Of a stretch of 64,000 bases of DNA, positions 1 to 10,925 are shown in pieces. The stretch comes from Octopus sinensis (lineage: Eukaryota), in contig NW_021836152.1 in NCBI RefSeq assembly GCF_006345805.1, positions 124,001-188,000 of the forward strand, in the 5' to 3' direction. The notes below the pieces were generated by a model, which saw nothing but the letters and a program-made list of their open reading frames with translations, searched no databases and was not told the origin of the DNA. Positions within the stretch are counted from its first letter, which is position 1; each line of letters opens with the position of its first letter. The position numbers and the translations under genes are program-made.

Positions 1-1012
1 ACTATTTCAAAGGCCGGGTGATCACAGGAGAATCAACAGCCCTCCAATGGCTGGGAGTGCGATATAACTGCTTTTGTTGTGACATCTCTCTTTTGTAATA
101 CTTATGATGTAGAATAGTTGTTTGTTTGGCAGGAATGTATTGGCTGTTTGGGGAGGGAGTCGGAATTGCCATGTGCAAAGGTTCTCTCCTTCTATTTTTC
201 CTCAGACGCAGCCAAAACGCACAGCCTTCGAACGACAAGGCACATAGCCTGCGATCGGCAAAACACAAAGTTGAAAATTTCATGAGAGAACAAAGGTATG
301 AGTCAGGGAAGATGGTAAGTCTCTCAAAAACTGCAGCAGGAAGTCTCCTTCGTTAGTATGTCTTTGATTGCGCAAAAGTGTTTAGATCCCTAACAGGACT
401 AAAAGATACACGTCCCTGCTTCGTTGAGTAAACAAATGTGGCATATTTCGGAATCAAGTTGCAACCATAACATGTGTGTGTTTGTTTATGTGTCATTGTA
501 TGCCTTTCTGTTTGGGTGTATGTGTGTGTTTTTAGAGGACATGAATTACGTATTTCATTTTAATAAGCTCACTGCAGTTTCTAGTAGTTACAGTGCATGC
601 AGAGATGGGTGCTTGGGAATAAGCTTATAGTTTCTTCGAAGCTTCTAAAACGATATATAAATATGCATATATGTGTTTGCTTAAGATTGTTTGAATGCGT
701 CTGTGTGTATGCAGTGGGGACCGAAGATCTTTTTTGTTTCCAAAAAATTACTATGTTAGTCGGGAATCGCAATTTGTAACAAATGGACACATTTTCATGT
801 ATTCTATGTTGTAGCAGACCAGAAACATATAAAACAGTTATGCTCTGAAAAATCTTGGTCCCGGCAATTTTTTTGGGTCGGATGTGCCAGAAAGGGTGTT
901 ACCCGGGCAACTAGGGCAACACCCCTGCCTCAACCACTGGTATCTATGTAGACATGTAAGCTTGTTGCATTTATATGTGGATGGATGGACGTATGTATGC
1001 AGGTAAGCTTGA

Positions 1013-1131
1013 TGTATGTATGTATGTATGTATGTATGTATGTATGTATGTATGTATGTATGTATGTATGTATGTATGTATGTATGTATGTATGTATGTA
1101 TGTGTGTATGTATGTATGCATGTATGTATGT
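1013..1131. repeat. (TATG)n microsatellite
   Basis: Direct reading. The paralog near 22627-22722 is 24 nt shorter. Confidence 0.95.
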
Positions 1132-1392
1132 AAGTATTATGAATGTGTACGCGTGTGTGATTTATTGTGTCACCACTATACAAAAAGGTAAACAATGCTA
1201 ATTTCTTACAGAGAGAAAGTTGTGTGAAATATTTTGAGAAGAGGATTGTTGTCTATTTTAGGACCAAAGCTTTGTTGTTTACTTCACTTGACTTAACATT
1301 TAGAACATACTTAAACAACCAGCCACTGTCTTGTGTGTCCCGACTACTACTCCTAGAGCCCATAGAAGATTGTTTTTAGTCAACCATCCATC

Positions 1393-2853
1393 ATGTCAGC
1401 TACCTACGCATCGAAACTGAGATCTGCAAGTAGGGCTTCTCATCAAGATGATGGTCCTACCAATAGTCAGCTCAACGAACAGTTGCTGTTGCTCAAACAA
1501 GAGGTTGAGCACTTAAAGTCTGTTGTTGCTCTCTTACTGAATAAACAGTCTCCTGTTGACGCAGAGTCACCCTTGATTTCTTCCCTGGAGACGTCCAAAC
1601 CGAAGGGAACAAAATCGAGGCGGCCAAAGAAGGCGAAGGAACCGGCGGTCGTTTCTGCACATGATCGTTCCCGTGCGGATTCTTCCTCATCTGCCTTTTC
1701 GGTCCCGGAGGTTCCCCAACCTAATTTGAGGAGCGTAGACTCAAACCCACCTGAAGACCGTTGTTCTCCCCAAAAGAAGAAACGTAGTCAAAACTCCAGT
1801 GGGGCGGATTTAGCTATGAAACCTGACCACGATAAACGGTCTCCTGTTGACGCAGGGTCACCCTTGATTTCTTCCCTGGAGACGTCCAAACCGAAGGGAA
1901 CAAAATCGAAGCGGCCAAAGAAGGCGAAGGAACCGGCGGTCGTTCCTGCACATGATCGTTCCTGTGCGGATTCTTCCTCATCTGCCTTTTCGGTCCCGGA
2001 GGTTCCCCAACCTAGTTCGAGGAGCGTAGACTCAAACCCACCTGAAGACCGTTGTTCTCCCCAAAAGAAGAAACGTAGTCAAAACTCCAGAGGGGCAGAT
2101 TTGGCTATGAAACCTGATCACGATAAAATCTGTTTGGATTCTCCTTCACTTGTCCTTCCCATTAATGCCATTGCTCAACCAATTCTGAACGATCTCGATG
2201 TGGGTTCATCTGGGGAGTGGTGCTCCCCCAAACCGAAGAAGAGGCAGTGCAGTTCCAAACCAGGCGGGAAAATTATGACCACTAAATCCATTCCGATCGA
2301 CCCCACAGGCCGACATAAGTCCGATGGCTATGAAACCACCCTTTCGAAATCCTCCAATGAAGAATCGAATACCGCAGCTCATAGTAGAGAACTTTTTGCC
2401 CACTCAAGATCGGCAATAATATATGGCAAGGCTGAATCCACCTGTGAAACAGGCATAAACCGCCTAAAAGATGACATTAATTTTGTTTCCGTTTTGGTTG
2501 GAAAATTGTTCTCTGTGAACGAAAATGTCAGTGTTCTTAAGGTCGCTCGGCTAGGAAGATTCCAAGCGAACCCAACCGCAGATACTAGACCACGCCCAAT
2601 AAGGGTAATCTTTTCTTCTGATCGGGAGGCTTCAGTCTTTCTGAACAGAGCTCAGACGCATGCCTGGGAGGACCCCAATATGGGTTTTCGCGAGGAATAC
2701 TCACTAAGAGAGAGAATTCGCCGGAGGAACCTGATATCCGAGCTAAAGATGAGGAAACAAATGGGAGAGAAGGGTTTACGAATCCAAGATGGACAGATAA
2801 TCAAGTCCTACCTCTGGTCCCATGCTGTAGTGCTGACAGGGAAAGTGATGTGA
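1393..2853 (+). CDS. LINE ORF1 protein, 486 aa (N-terminal coiled coil, Ser/Pro/Lys-rich repeat, C-terminal RRM-like region)
   Basis: Intact ATG ORF directly upstream of ORF2. Motifs AIIYG..E, V.RLGR...RPRPIRV.F and SLRER..RRNL are typical of CR1/Jockey-group ORF1. Confidence 0.85.
   Translation: MSATYASKLRSASRASHQDDGPTNSQLNEQLLLLKQEVEHLKSVVALLLNKQSPVDAESPLISSLETSKPKGTKSRRPKKAKEPAVVSAHDRSRADSSSSAFSVPEVPQPNLRSVDSNPPEDRCSPQKKKRSQNSSGADLAMKPDHDKRSPVDAGSPLISSLETSKPKGTKSKRPKKAKEPAVVPAHDRSCADSSSSAFSVPEVPQPSSRSVDSNPPEDRCSPQKKKRSQNSRGADLAMKPDHDKICLDSPSLVLPINAIAQPILNDLDVGSSGEWCSPKPKKRQCSSKPGGKIMTTKSIPIDPTGRHKSDGYETTLSKSSNEESNTAAHSRELFAHSRSAIIYGKAESTCETGINRLKDDINFVSVLVGKLFSVNENVSVLKVARLGRFQANPTADTRPRPIRVIFSSDREASVFLNRAQTHAWEDPNMGFREEYSLRERIRRRNLISELKMRKQMGEKGLRIQDGQIIKSYLWSHAVVLTGKVM
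1540..2127 (+). repeat. Two tandem 291-bp (97-aa) in-frame repeats inside ORF1
   Basis: TAAAC(A/G)GTCTCCTGTTGAC at 1542 and 1833; GATAAA at 1831 and 2122. Confidence 0.95.
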
Positions 2854-4583
2854 GGGCAAATCGAAGTGAAGTTGATACCCCCGTCAACGATGCTATCTCT
2901 GATGCCCTTTATTCTGCTTGTTCCCCAACTCCCGCCCCTCAGACTTCACAGCTCAGCATCGTCTACACCAACTCGTGCTCCTTATTCCCAAAGTTCAGTG
3001 AACTATTTACACTGGCCCTACGCGACTCCCCTGATGTGATAGCTATCACCGAGACTTGGCTGACTCCAGCAGTAAAGGACTCAGAGATCCACCTGCAGGG
3101 CTACGTCCTTTTCAGATGTGACAGAGGAAAAAGGCGAGGTGGAGGTGTTGCTGTGTATGTTAAGTCGGAGCACAAACCGTCCTGCGGTATTCTACCCACA
3201 AATGCTCAACCTACAACCAAATTCGATGCCGTCTATTGCAAGCTGAGCCTATCTGAGTTTTGCCTGCCCGTGTTGGCTGTCTACAGGCCGCCTCTAGCCG
3301 ACCCCCAGGACGATGCTCATCTACTCGAAGCGATAAGATTCGTTTCAGCTTCGCATGACTGCTTGGTACTAGGCGACTTCAACGCTCCCACGATCGTTTG
3401 GCCCGCATCAATTTGTACAACATCTTCCCGGTTCGGCCAGGCCCTTCTTGACGTGGCTGAAGATTGTTTTCTATCGCAACATGTTGAATATCCGACAAGG
3501 CATCGGTCTGGGCAGCAGCCATCTATGCTAGATCTGGTATTCTCCCGCTATCCAAGATCAGTGTCAGACGTATCTGTGTGCGCCCCTCTTGCCAAGAGTG
3601 ATCATGCGGTCCTGAAGTTCGTCATGCACACAACTTTTTCCACGCCCACGATTACTTCGCTGCCACGTAGAGTCTTCTCTGCAATTAATCTTGAAATTCT
3701 AACCGAGGCTTCCGCGCTTCTGGACTGGCGTTCCCTGATGACGTTGTCCTCAGTTGACGAACTATGGTCATCCCTCAAAGCATATGTAATCTGTTTGACT
3801 GACCAGGCAGTTCCCGTTGGACTTCCCAAGAGGAAGAAACACAAGCCCTGGGTGACGAAGAAGGTTAAACGAGAACGTCGACTCAGAGATATTGCTTGGG
3901 CTGAATTCAAAAATCTGGATTCGACTGCAGCTTTTGAGGTGTACAAAACTCAACGAGACCGAGCCGTGAAAATTGAAAAGAAAGAACGCTTCAGTTATGA
4001 ATACAAAATCGCGGCAAATGCCAGTAGCAATCCAAAAACCTTCTTTGCCCATGTCCAGCGGAATTCCCGCTTGAACAACCAGATTGCAACGTTGGTAGAC
4101 TCAACAGGCGTATCGATTGAGGACCCTTATCAACAGAGTCAATTATTTGCCGAGGCTTTTTCAACTATTTTCAAACAAGATGATGGTCGTGAACCCCCTC
4201 CATTTGATAGATCGGTACCTCCAATGCTTCGATTGATCATCACGCGGGACCAAGTCAAACGTGTTATTCAAGGCCTCGATGTCAACAAGGGTCACGGCCC
4301 TGACGGCATACACCCACGGGTTATCAAAGCGTTGGCTCCGGTCATCTGCGAGCCCTTAACACGACTATTCAATATGTCATTGGCGACGGGTGTTATACCT
4401 GCAGACTGGAGAACAGCGATAATCTGCCCAATTTTCAAGAAAGGGAGCCGCGAAGACCCGCTTAACTACCGACCGGTTTCCCTTACATCAATAATCATCA
4501 AGATGTTCGAAACCATCCTTAAGAAAAGTATGATGCTCCACCTCCTAAACACAGCCTCGATCACTGATTCCCAACACGGCTTC
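2850..4583 (+). CDS. LINE ORF2 (APE endonuclease plus N-terminal RT), 3'-truncated
   Basis: EN motifs YTN, DVIAITETWL, GGGVAVY, AVYRPP, GDFN, LDLV, SDH. RT motifs GPDGI, YRPVSLTS, QHGF. After 4583 it reads into foreign DNA. Confidence 0.92.
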
Positions 4584-4634
4584 CATCTGCTAAGATGGAG
4601 CAATCATCTTATGTGTATGTATATGTATATATAT

Positions 4635-4726
<92 letters not shown>

Positions 4727-4844
4727 TATATATAATATTTCATAACTTTAAAGTTTATGAAAGCTCACCGTGTTTTGTCAATTATAAATAATCCATATAA
4801 ATATATGCCCTCGACGGAAAAGTAGTGTTTGCAGTACAAATATA

Positions 4845-4897
<53 letters not shown>

Positions 4898-5881
4898 ACG
4901 GGCGGACCCCCCGTCGAACGAAAGCTGTTACGGAATCCCTCACACAGGCCCGTTCGATGCAGCGAATGTTCGCCACGAAGACTCGGAGAGGAGAGAGAGA
5001 CAACAACAACAGCACCAGGAAGAAGAGACACAGAGGCAATTGGCTCACATTTAACGCTAGTTTATGACAATCATTACAACATCAAATACAATGTTAAATA
5101 CATCAGACATATCAAAGAAAATACATGCAAGAAACAGGTATACAACAGGTAAATACAAGCAAGTAACAGAATCAACACATCACAGCATTTAATCTGTCCG
5201 GGTAACAACACATCAAATGCAATAACAACAGCATTTCAAGAGTTCACGTCCGGAGACAACAGTTATGTTTCAAATCACATTAAAGTTACAGTTCAAAGGG
5301 CATTAAAGGCCTATACAGTTCAATGTTCATTACACAGTTCTCTTTCCAACAACTCTGTACACAATGTCTTTACACAGTTCACATTGCTCTTTTCACTGTC
5401 TCATTTCTTTTCAACAGTCTCTTTACATCGATTCTTTTTCCTTCTTTTTCTTCACATATCAATACACAATTCACGTACCTTAGTTCCTACTAGAATAGCC
5501 AGTATCTCATATTGCACCTCATCTCTCTCAGTACTGCTAACTCCAACTTGCTAAACACTTGCCCTGAATTCCAAATCCTCGCTCCTAAATCCAACCGCTC
5601 GCCTTGACGACCAAATACCGACTGCCCAAAACCTCCTGCTCTGTCACTACCTTCAATCTCTCTCTTAGCTCTAATACTCTCTCTATCGCCGCTCAGATTC
5701 CTTAATCTGTCTTCCTCACTACTTTCTTCTTCCTCTTCTTCACTGTCTCTAACACACTGAACTGCTTACTTAAGGAGGCAGCCCTCCAAATGAACCCTAA
5801 TTCACCCGAAGGTGTCGGGGAGTCTCCCCAGAGCTAATTAATCAACCCGCATCCGGCAGAACAATGGATTCATTGCCAAAT
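4583..5881 (+). repeat. Segment B, reverse complement of 34072-35387
   Basis: CCATCTGC(T/C)AAGATGGAGCAATCATC at 4583 matches RC of 35387. The match ends at CATTGCCAAAT (5881/34072). Confidence 0.93.
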
Positions 5882-5920
5882 GTAGGTCGCCGGCTCTGTC
5901 CTTAAGTTGAACTCACAACA
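4894..5920 (+). mobile_element. Solo LTR (Gypsy-like), about 1027 bp
   Basis: Starts TGTTAC and ends CAACA (TGTT..AACA inverted ends), flanked by ATAT on both sides, non-coding, inserted in (TA)n. Confidence 0.7.
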
Positions 5921-6578
5921 ATATTTATATATTTATATATATATAACAACCCTTTCCAGAAAATAAGAAAACCAAAACAACACCCAAACACCGATACACA
6001 CCTGTCTAAAAATCGGAACCTTCACTACTTTCAAAAAAGAATACAGGACCTAACCCTATCTCTGTAAGCAGCCAGCGATACAATATCAGGAATACCCCCA
6101 CTTCAAGCAGAGAAAGGATAAATCAACACCCACAGCATAGACACTGCAACCTTATCCCCACCCAAAAGAGTTACCAACGAAATCTCCGTCCCATCAACCG
6201 GTTAAACAACCATGCACAACAAACCCACACCACTTACAATGATTACCAACGAAGGCCTCCTAGAACACCACACCCGAATATGGGATATCGGGATGCTCTC
6301 CTCAATACTGCCCCAAGAACACACACCATAAATCACAACAGGAGACCCCACATCAACAAAGAACAACTATATAATAGCTACCGTCCCAACCACCGCATTC
6401 ATTTTTTAGACCCAATACGCAAACACAGAGACACAAGATAGCACCAAACAAGCAGGAGGAACCAAAAGTAATAAAAATTATCAATCTAACTCACAAGGAA
6501 CTAACAGCAAACCAAATAAACATACTTTCCAAAGGACTCAAGTTTGAACCCACCCCACAACACCCCAACTACAACGAA

Positions 6579-8732
6579 ATGAAAGAAGACATCGCAGAAT
6601 TCTGCAGAAAATTAAGACTTACTGAGGAGCTATACGATAAATACAACGAGGACGAATCGTTAGCCAGAAATAGGAGTAACTACACCCCCTCGAAAGGTAA
6701 GAACAAAACACTTGATGATTTCTGTGACCACATATCTAATTACCCATATCAACATATGCACAAACAAAAACACAAACCAAACTTCAGCAAAAAAGAATGG
6801 GCTGAGTTGAACAAATTAAAACAAGATAAAACAATAACAATCAAAGAGGCCGATAAAGGGAGTGCTGTTGTCTTAATGGATACGACATTTTACATAACTT
6901 TGGTACTTTCTATGCTGGAAGACACAACATACTATGAAAAGGCACAAAACTACAGTCAACAAAAAATAATGAGGGAACTAAAATCCATATTAAACCCATA
7001 CAAAGCAGGGCTCACCGACAAAGAATATGATTGTATGACCAATTTCACAAGTAAAACCAGCCAATTCTACGGTATACCTAAGATCCACAAAAGTGAAAAA
7101 AATAACCAACGCATGCAAGATAGCTACAGACAAAATAATTAAAGTCCCTAATCCTAATGACCTCAAATTGAGACCCATAATAGCAGGTCCCGCATGCGAA
7201 GCCCACCGCCTCAGTAACTTTTTAGACACCCTGTTAAAACCACTCCTCAAACATATCAAAAGCTATATAAGGGACGACTTAGATATGCTCAATCACTTAC
7301 CGAATACTATAAACAAAAACACCATACTGGTATCCTTCGATGTAGTCAACCTCTACTCCAATATCCCCCACAACCTAGGACTAGAGGCAATCCAATTCTG
7401 GCTAGAGAATCACGCCAACGAACTACCACACCGCATCAAAAACGAATTCGTGATAGAAGGGGTTAAATTCATCCTGGAAAATAACTTCTTCGCCTTCAAT
7501 GACAACTTCTACCGACAAAAATCGGGGACTGCGATGGGTACACGAATGGCCCCCTCCTTTGCCAACCTAGTCATAGGATATCTAGAGATCAGTCTGTATC
7601 GTAAGGTTCTAAAAAGATATGGCAGCCCTTTCTCCATCTACATAGAAAACAACTGGAAGAGATATCTAGATGACTGTTTCATTCTTTGGCATAAAAATAT
7701 AGAAAAACTCATAGAATTCCAGGAAATTTTAAACGGACTGGACGTAAACATCCAATTCACGATGGAATATAGCCAGCAACAACTCCCCTTCCTCGATATC
7801 CTCATTAAGAAAGCTAATAATATAATAGAAACAGACATATACTATAAGCCTACAGACTCTAAGCAATATCTTCCATTCAATTCATGCCACCCCAGACACA
7901 CCAGGATGAATATCCCCTTCAATCTAGCAAAAAGGATATGCACTATAGTCTCTAACGCAAACACCAGAGACACACGACTACAAGAACTAAAAGATACCCT
8001 TATCACCAGGAACTATCCACCTTCACTTATTGACAAGTGCATTCAACGTGCCCTTCAACTTAACATCAAGGAACTGAGACATCCCAAATCAAAGAAAAAC
8101 TTACAACCAAAAGCCGTACCATACATCTCCACACACAACCCTCTCAATAACGAAGCCTTCGGCACCATCCTCCACAACATACCCCTCCTAAAAAAGACCA
8201 CAGAATGAACACAATCCTCCAAACACACACGATCATAAAAAGCAAAAGACAGCCTAGATCCATGAAAAGTCTCCTAACACAAGCCCGAAGTCACTCTTCA
8301 ACACAGAAGCCGACAGTAAAAAAATGTGGAAGACCCAATTGCGGGATATGCGACTATCTAATTGAGGGATCAGAGTTCTCCTTCAAACAGGGACAACGGT
8401 TTACAGTGAAAAGCAACTTCACATGTGCTTCGGAGAACCTAATATACTCACTAACCTGCTCCGGGTGTCAAGAGCAGTACATAGGCCAAACAAAAAATAG
8501 TTTGCGTAAACGAATGGCCCTGCACAGATCCCAGATAAAAATTCCCCAAAACAGAAAAATAGCTTTTAGCCAACACATAGATACTTGCGCCAACAAAAAA
8601 ACACCAAGCTTCAGGATTTTCCCCCTCTACCAATTTAGGGACGATACAACCTCGAGACAACGAATAAGTAAAGAAAATCTCTTTATTACAAAATACAGGC
8701 CACTTCTTAACGGGTCTACGACAAACAATTAA
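6579..8732 (+). pseudogene. Penelope RT + GIY-YIG endonuclease, two frameshifts
   Basis: IKEADKGSAVV, FYGIPKIHK, LRPII, SFDVVNLYSNI, GTAMGT, RYLDD, LPFLD, YYKPTD, then CGRPNCGIC and NLIYSLTC..YIGQT. Confidence 0.9.
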
Positions 8733-8861
8733 TATACCTCAACTTTAGAATAAAAGAAATATATACACACACAAATATTACATTCCATAGAATCCATTAC
8801 TAATCAGCCCCATCGCAGCTATACTTTCACCCATTCATATTCTCCCTTCTCTGTTTTTTTT

Positions 8862-9040
8862 TCTTCTTCTTCCTCTTCTTCTTCATCATCATCATTATCA
8901 TCATCATCGTCGTCATCATCATCACCACCATCATCATCATCATCATCTTCTCCTTCTCCTTCTTCTTCTTCTTCTTCTTCTTCTTCTTCTTCATCATCAT
9001 CATCATCATCAACATCGTCATCTTCTTCTTCTTCTTCTAC
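8862..9040. repeat. Compound (TCT)n/(TCA)n microsatellite
   Basis: Direct reading. Confidence 0.9.
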
Positions 9041-9385
9041 TTCTCCACCTTCTACCCCTTAACCTTGTCACTAATGTCTTTTAGTATAACGCCTACACAA
9101 ATTCCATAAACAATTCCTGAATTGGACTGCGACTGCTGGCCGCCACTGACCATTCAAAATACGACCATCAGGGCACTCCCAGATTTTCCCACTCCCACCC
9201 CCTCTCCACATCAGCATTCTTCTTCTCCTACCCTACCAAGAACTCACAACGACCTCGAACACACAAGTGCAAACAAGGGAGTCAGAGAAAGGCAGAATGC
9301 CACTTATATCTGAACACTACTATAGAAATATTCCTTTAAAAAAACTTTTCTTCTAATTTTTCTAAATTTAATTATTTAATCGTTA

Positions 9386-9423
9386 CAGTTGAAAAGGTCT
9401 CAAAATGACCGAAACCGGTACTG
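9386..9423 (+). ncRNA. Minimal type I hammerhead ribozyme motif (U3-A8 core variant)
   Basis: CAG-UUGAAAA-GGUC(UCAAAAU)GACC-GAAA-CCGG-UA-CUG, downstream of a Penelope ORF in sense orientation. Confidence 0.75.
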
Positions 9424-9496
9424 AAAGATTCACTATAAAATTATTTTAGCATTTTCTATTTTTGACTTGTTTTTTCATATATATATATATATATAC

Positions 9497-9540
<44 letters not shown>

Positions 9541-9543
<3 letters not shown>

Positions 9544-10282
9544 ATATTTTGGAATGGTCATATTGCCAGTTTAGCCAATAAAAACACACGCACTATATAT
9601 TTGGTGTTATTTTGCTTCGGTGTTATTTATTTTTTACATTAATCTTAATCTTATTTCGGCCAGAGTTCTTTCGTCACATTCCTGTGACCGCATCAGTGGT
9701 CCTTTGTTTTCTTCTTTCTTATTTGTGTCTCTCCTTACTAACCGTCAGCCATTTTGTATTTGTATTGTATGTTGTCATTTGCGTATGCTTATATCTCTAT
9801 GTGCGTCTATGTTTATTTAATGTGTGTATGTGCGGGGATGCCTGTAATATTTGTGTCTTCTGTTTATATACGTTCATGTATATAAATACAACCTCATATC
9901 GCCAATACAAGAATAACAACTGTACAGGCGCATGAGGAGAGAGAAAAGTTCCTCAACTCCCACATGATGATGTGGACAATTGTTCTGGGACCCCAGAAAC
10001 GTACAGCAAATAATTTCAAAGCCTGGAACAGTGATATCCCGGCACTGTATGGACTTCGCAAGGACCATAAAGTAATTACTGACCCTATAGCAGGACCACC
10101 AACAAGACCAGTCTGTAGAGCGAATATCGCTAGCAATTACAGAATCTCCTACTTCCTCTCAATGATCATACGCCCTATAATCCGGATGTCACCTGATGTT
10201 TGTGACAGCACAGCAGATCTCCTCAGCAGGATCAATGACTGTAACAACACTTGTGACCTGGCAGGATGTATGGTGGGTAGCA
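9541..10282 (+). repeat. Segment C, reverse complement of about 33306-34050, including a Penelope RT fragment from about 9915
   Basis: ORF 9964..10356 matches 33175..33624 (LYGLRKDHK, TRPVC) up to GGTAGCA at 10282. Confidence 0.93.
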
Positions 10283-10284
10283 TA

Positions 10285-10354
<70 letters not shown>

Positions 10355-10355
<1 letters not shown>

Positions 10356-10396
10356 GAGCGGCGAAATCGATTTTATATTTGATCCTTTCGGGGTTG

Positions 10397-10451
<55 letters not shown>

Positions 10452-10925
10452 GAGCGGCGAAATCGATTTTATATTTGATCCTTTCGGGGTTGATAAATTA
10501 CATCGGGGTCGATGTAATCATCTAGTCCCCACCACCAAAATTAGGAAAAAAACAGCCCATTTTATTTACAAGTAAGAATTATTATTTCCTCTACGCACAA
10601 CAGATTAGACTGGAACAAGAAAAGTTCTTAACATCGGGCTACAGCAAGTAACCTTATATGCGAAAAACCTTCCTAAGTTTCCTAGCTGTCCCTAATAACA
10701 CGGTTTCCTGGAGCTGCACTAAAGTAGGTTTTGCGCCTAGTTTTTCTATTTCTTTGTGAAACCCTTAGGGATAATTCGTAATGCACTTTTAGCTACAGGG
10801 ATACATTTTATCCACACATTTTCTAGCCTCTATAACTGAATGGCTAGACCCTGGTACTTTGCTATTTTCTGTATAGTTTCCATATTGATTTTCTCATCAT
10901 TTGGGATTGTAAAGTCAATTACCTG
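10355..10925 (+). repeat. Segment D (SINE remnant plus Dong 3' end); direct copies at 36731-37137 and 45527-46013
   Basis: GCGGCGAAATCGATTTTA...ATGGCTAGA(C/T)CCTGGTA is present three times. Confidence 0.92.

Larger units (their letters stand above)
1..4583 (+). repeat. Arm A of a long inverted duplication (reverse complement of 19177-23733)
   Basis: Base 1 pairs with 23733. Mirrored ORFs in the track (2..283 vs 23451..23732, 1393..2853 vs 20907..22367) have constant coordinate sums of 23734, then 23760 after a 24-nt microsatellite and a 2-nt indel. Identity ends at 4583/19177. Confidence 0.97.
1200..4583 (+). mobile_element. CR1-group non-LTR retrotransposon, copy 1 (5' part, cut inside RT)
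   Basis: ORF1 plus an APE-RT ORF2. The sequence stops at the QHGF RT motif and joins unrelated DNA. The 5' boundary is approximate. Confidence 0.9.
5940..9475 (+). mobile_element. Penelope-like element 1 (frameshifted RT plus GIY-YIG, 3' tail with hammerhead)
   Basis: ORFs 6579..7142, 7093..8208 and 8205..8732 form one broken RT-GIY-YIG frame. Boundaries are approximate. Confidence 0.88.

Noticed and set aside
712-939. CAGTGG...CCACTG ends suggesting a hAT-type MITE
   Set aside because: Only a 6-bp inverted match, and the 8-bp flanks do not form a convincing target duplication.
930-1201. ORFs of repeating MYVC/HTYI and similar IYIY, IIII, LLLL, YLSI ORFs across the window
   Set aside because: They are translations of (TATG)n, (TA)n, (TAT)n and (GATA)n microsatellites, not genes.
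3602-4052. Antisense ORFs overlapping CR1 ORF2 (also 19708-20158 and others opposite Penelope and Tx1 ORFs)
   Set aside because: Shadow ORFs with no motifs; they recur only because the DNA is duplicated.
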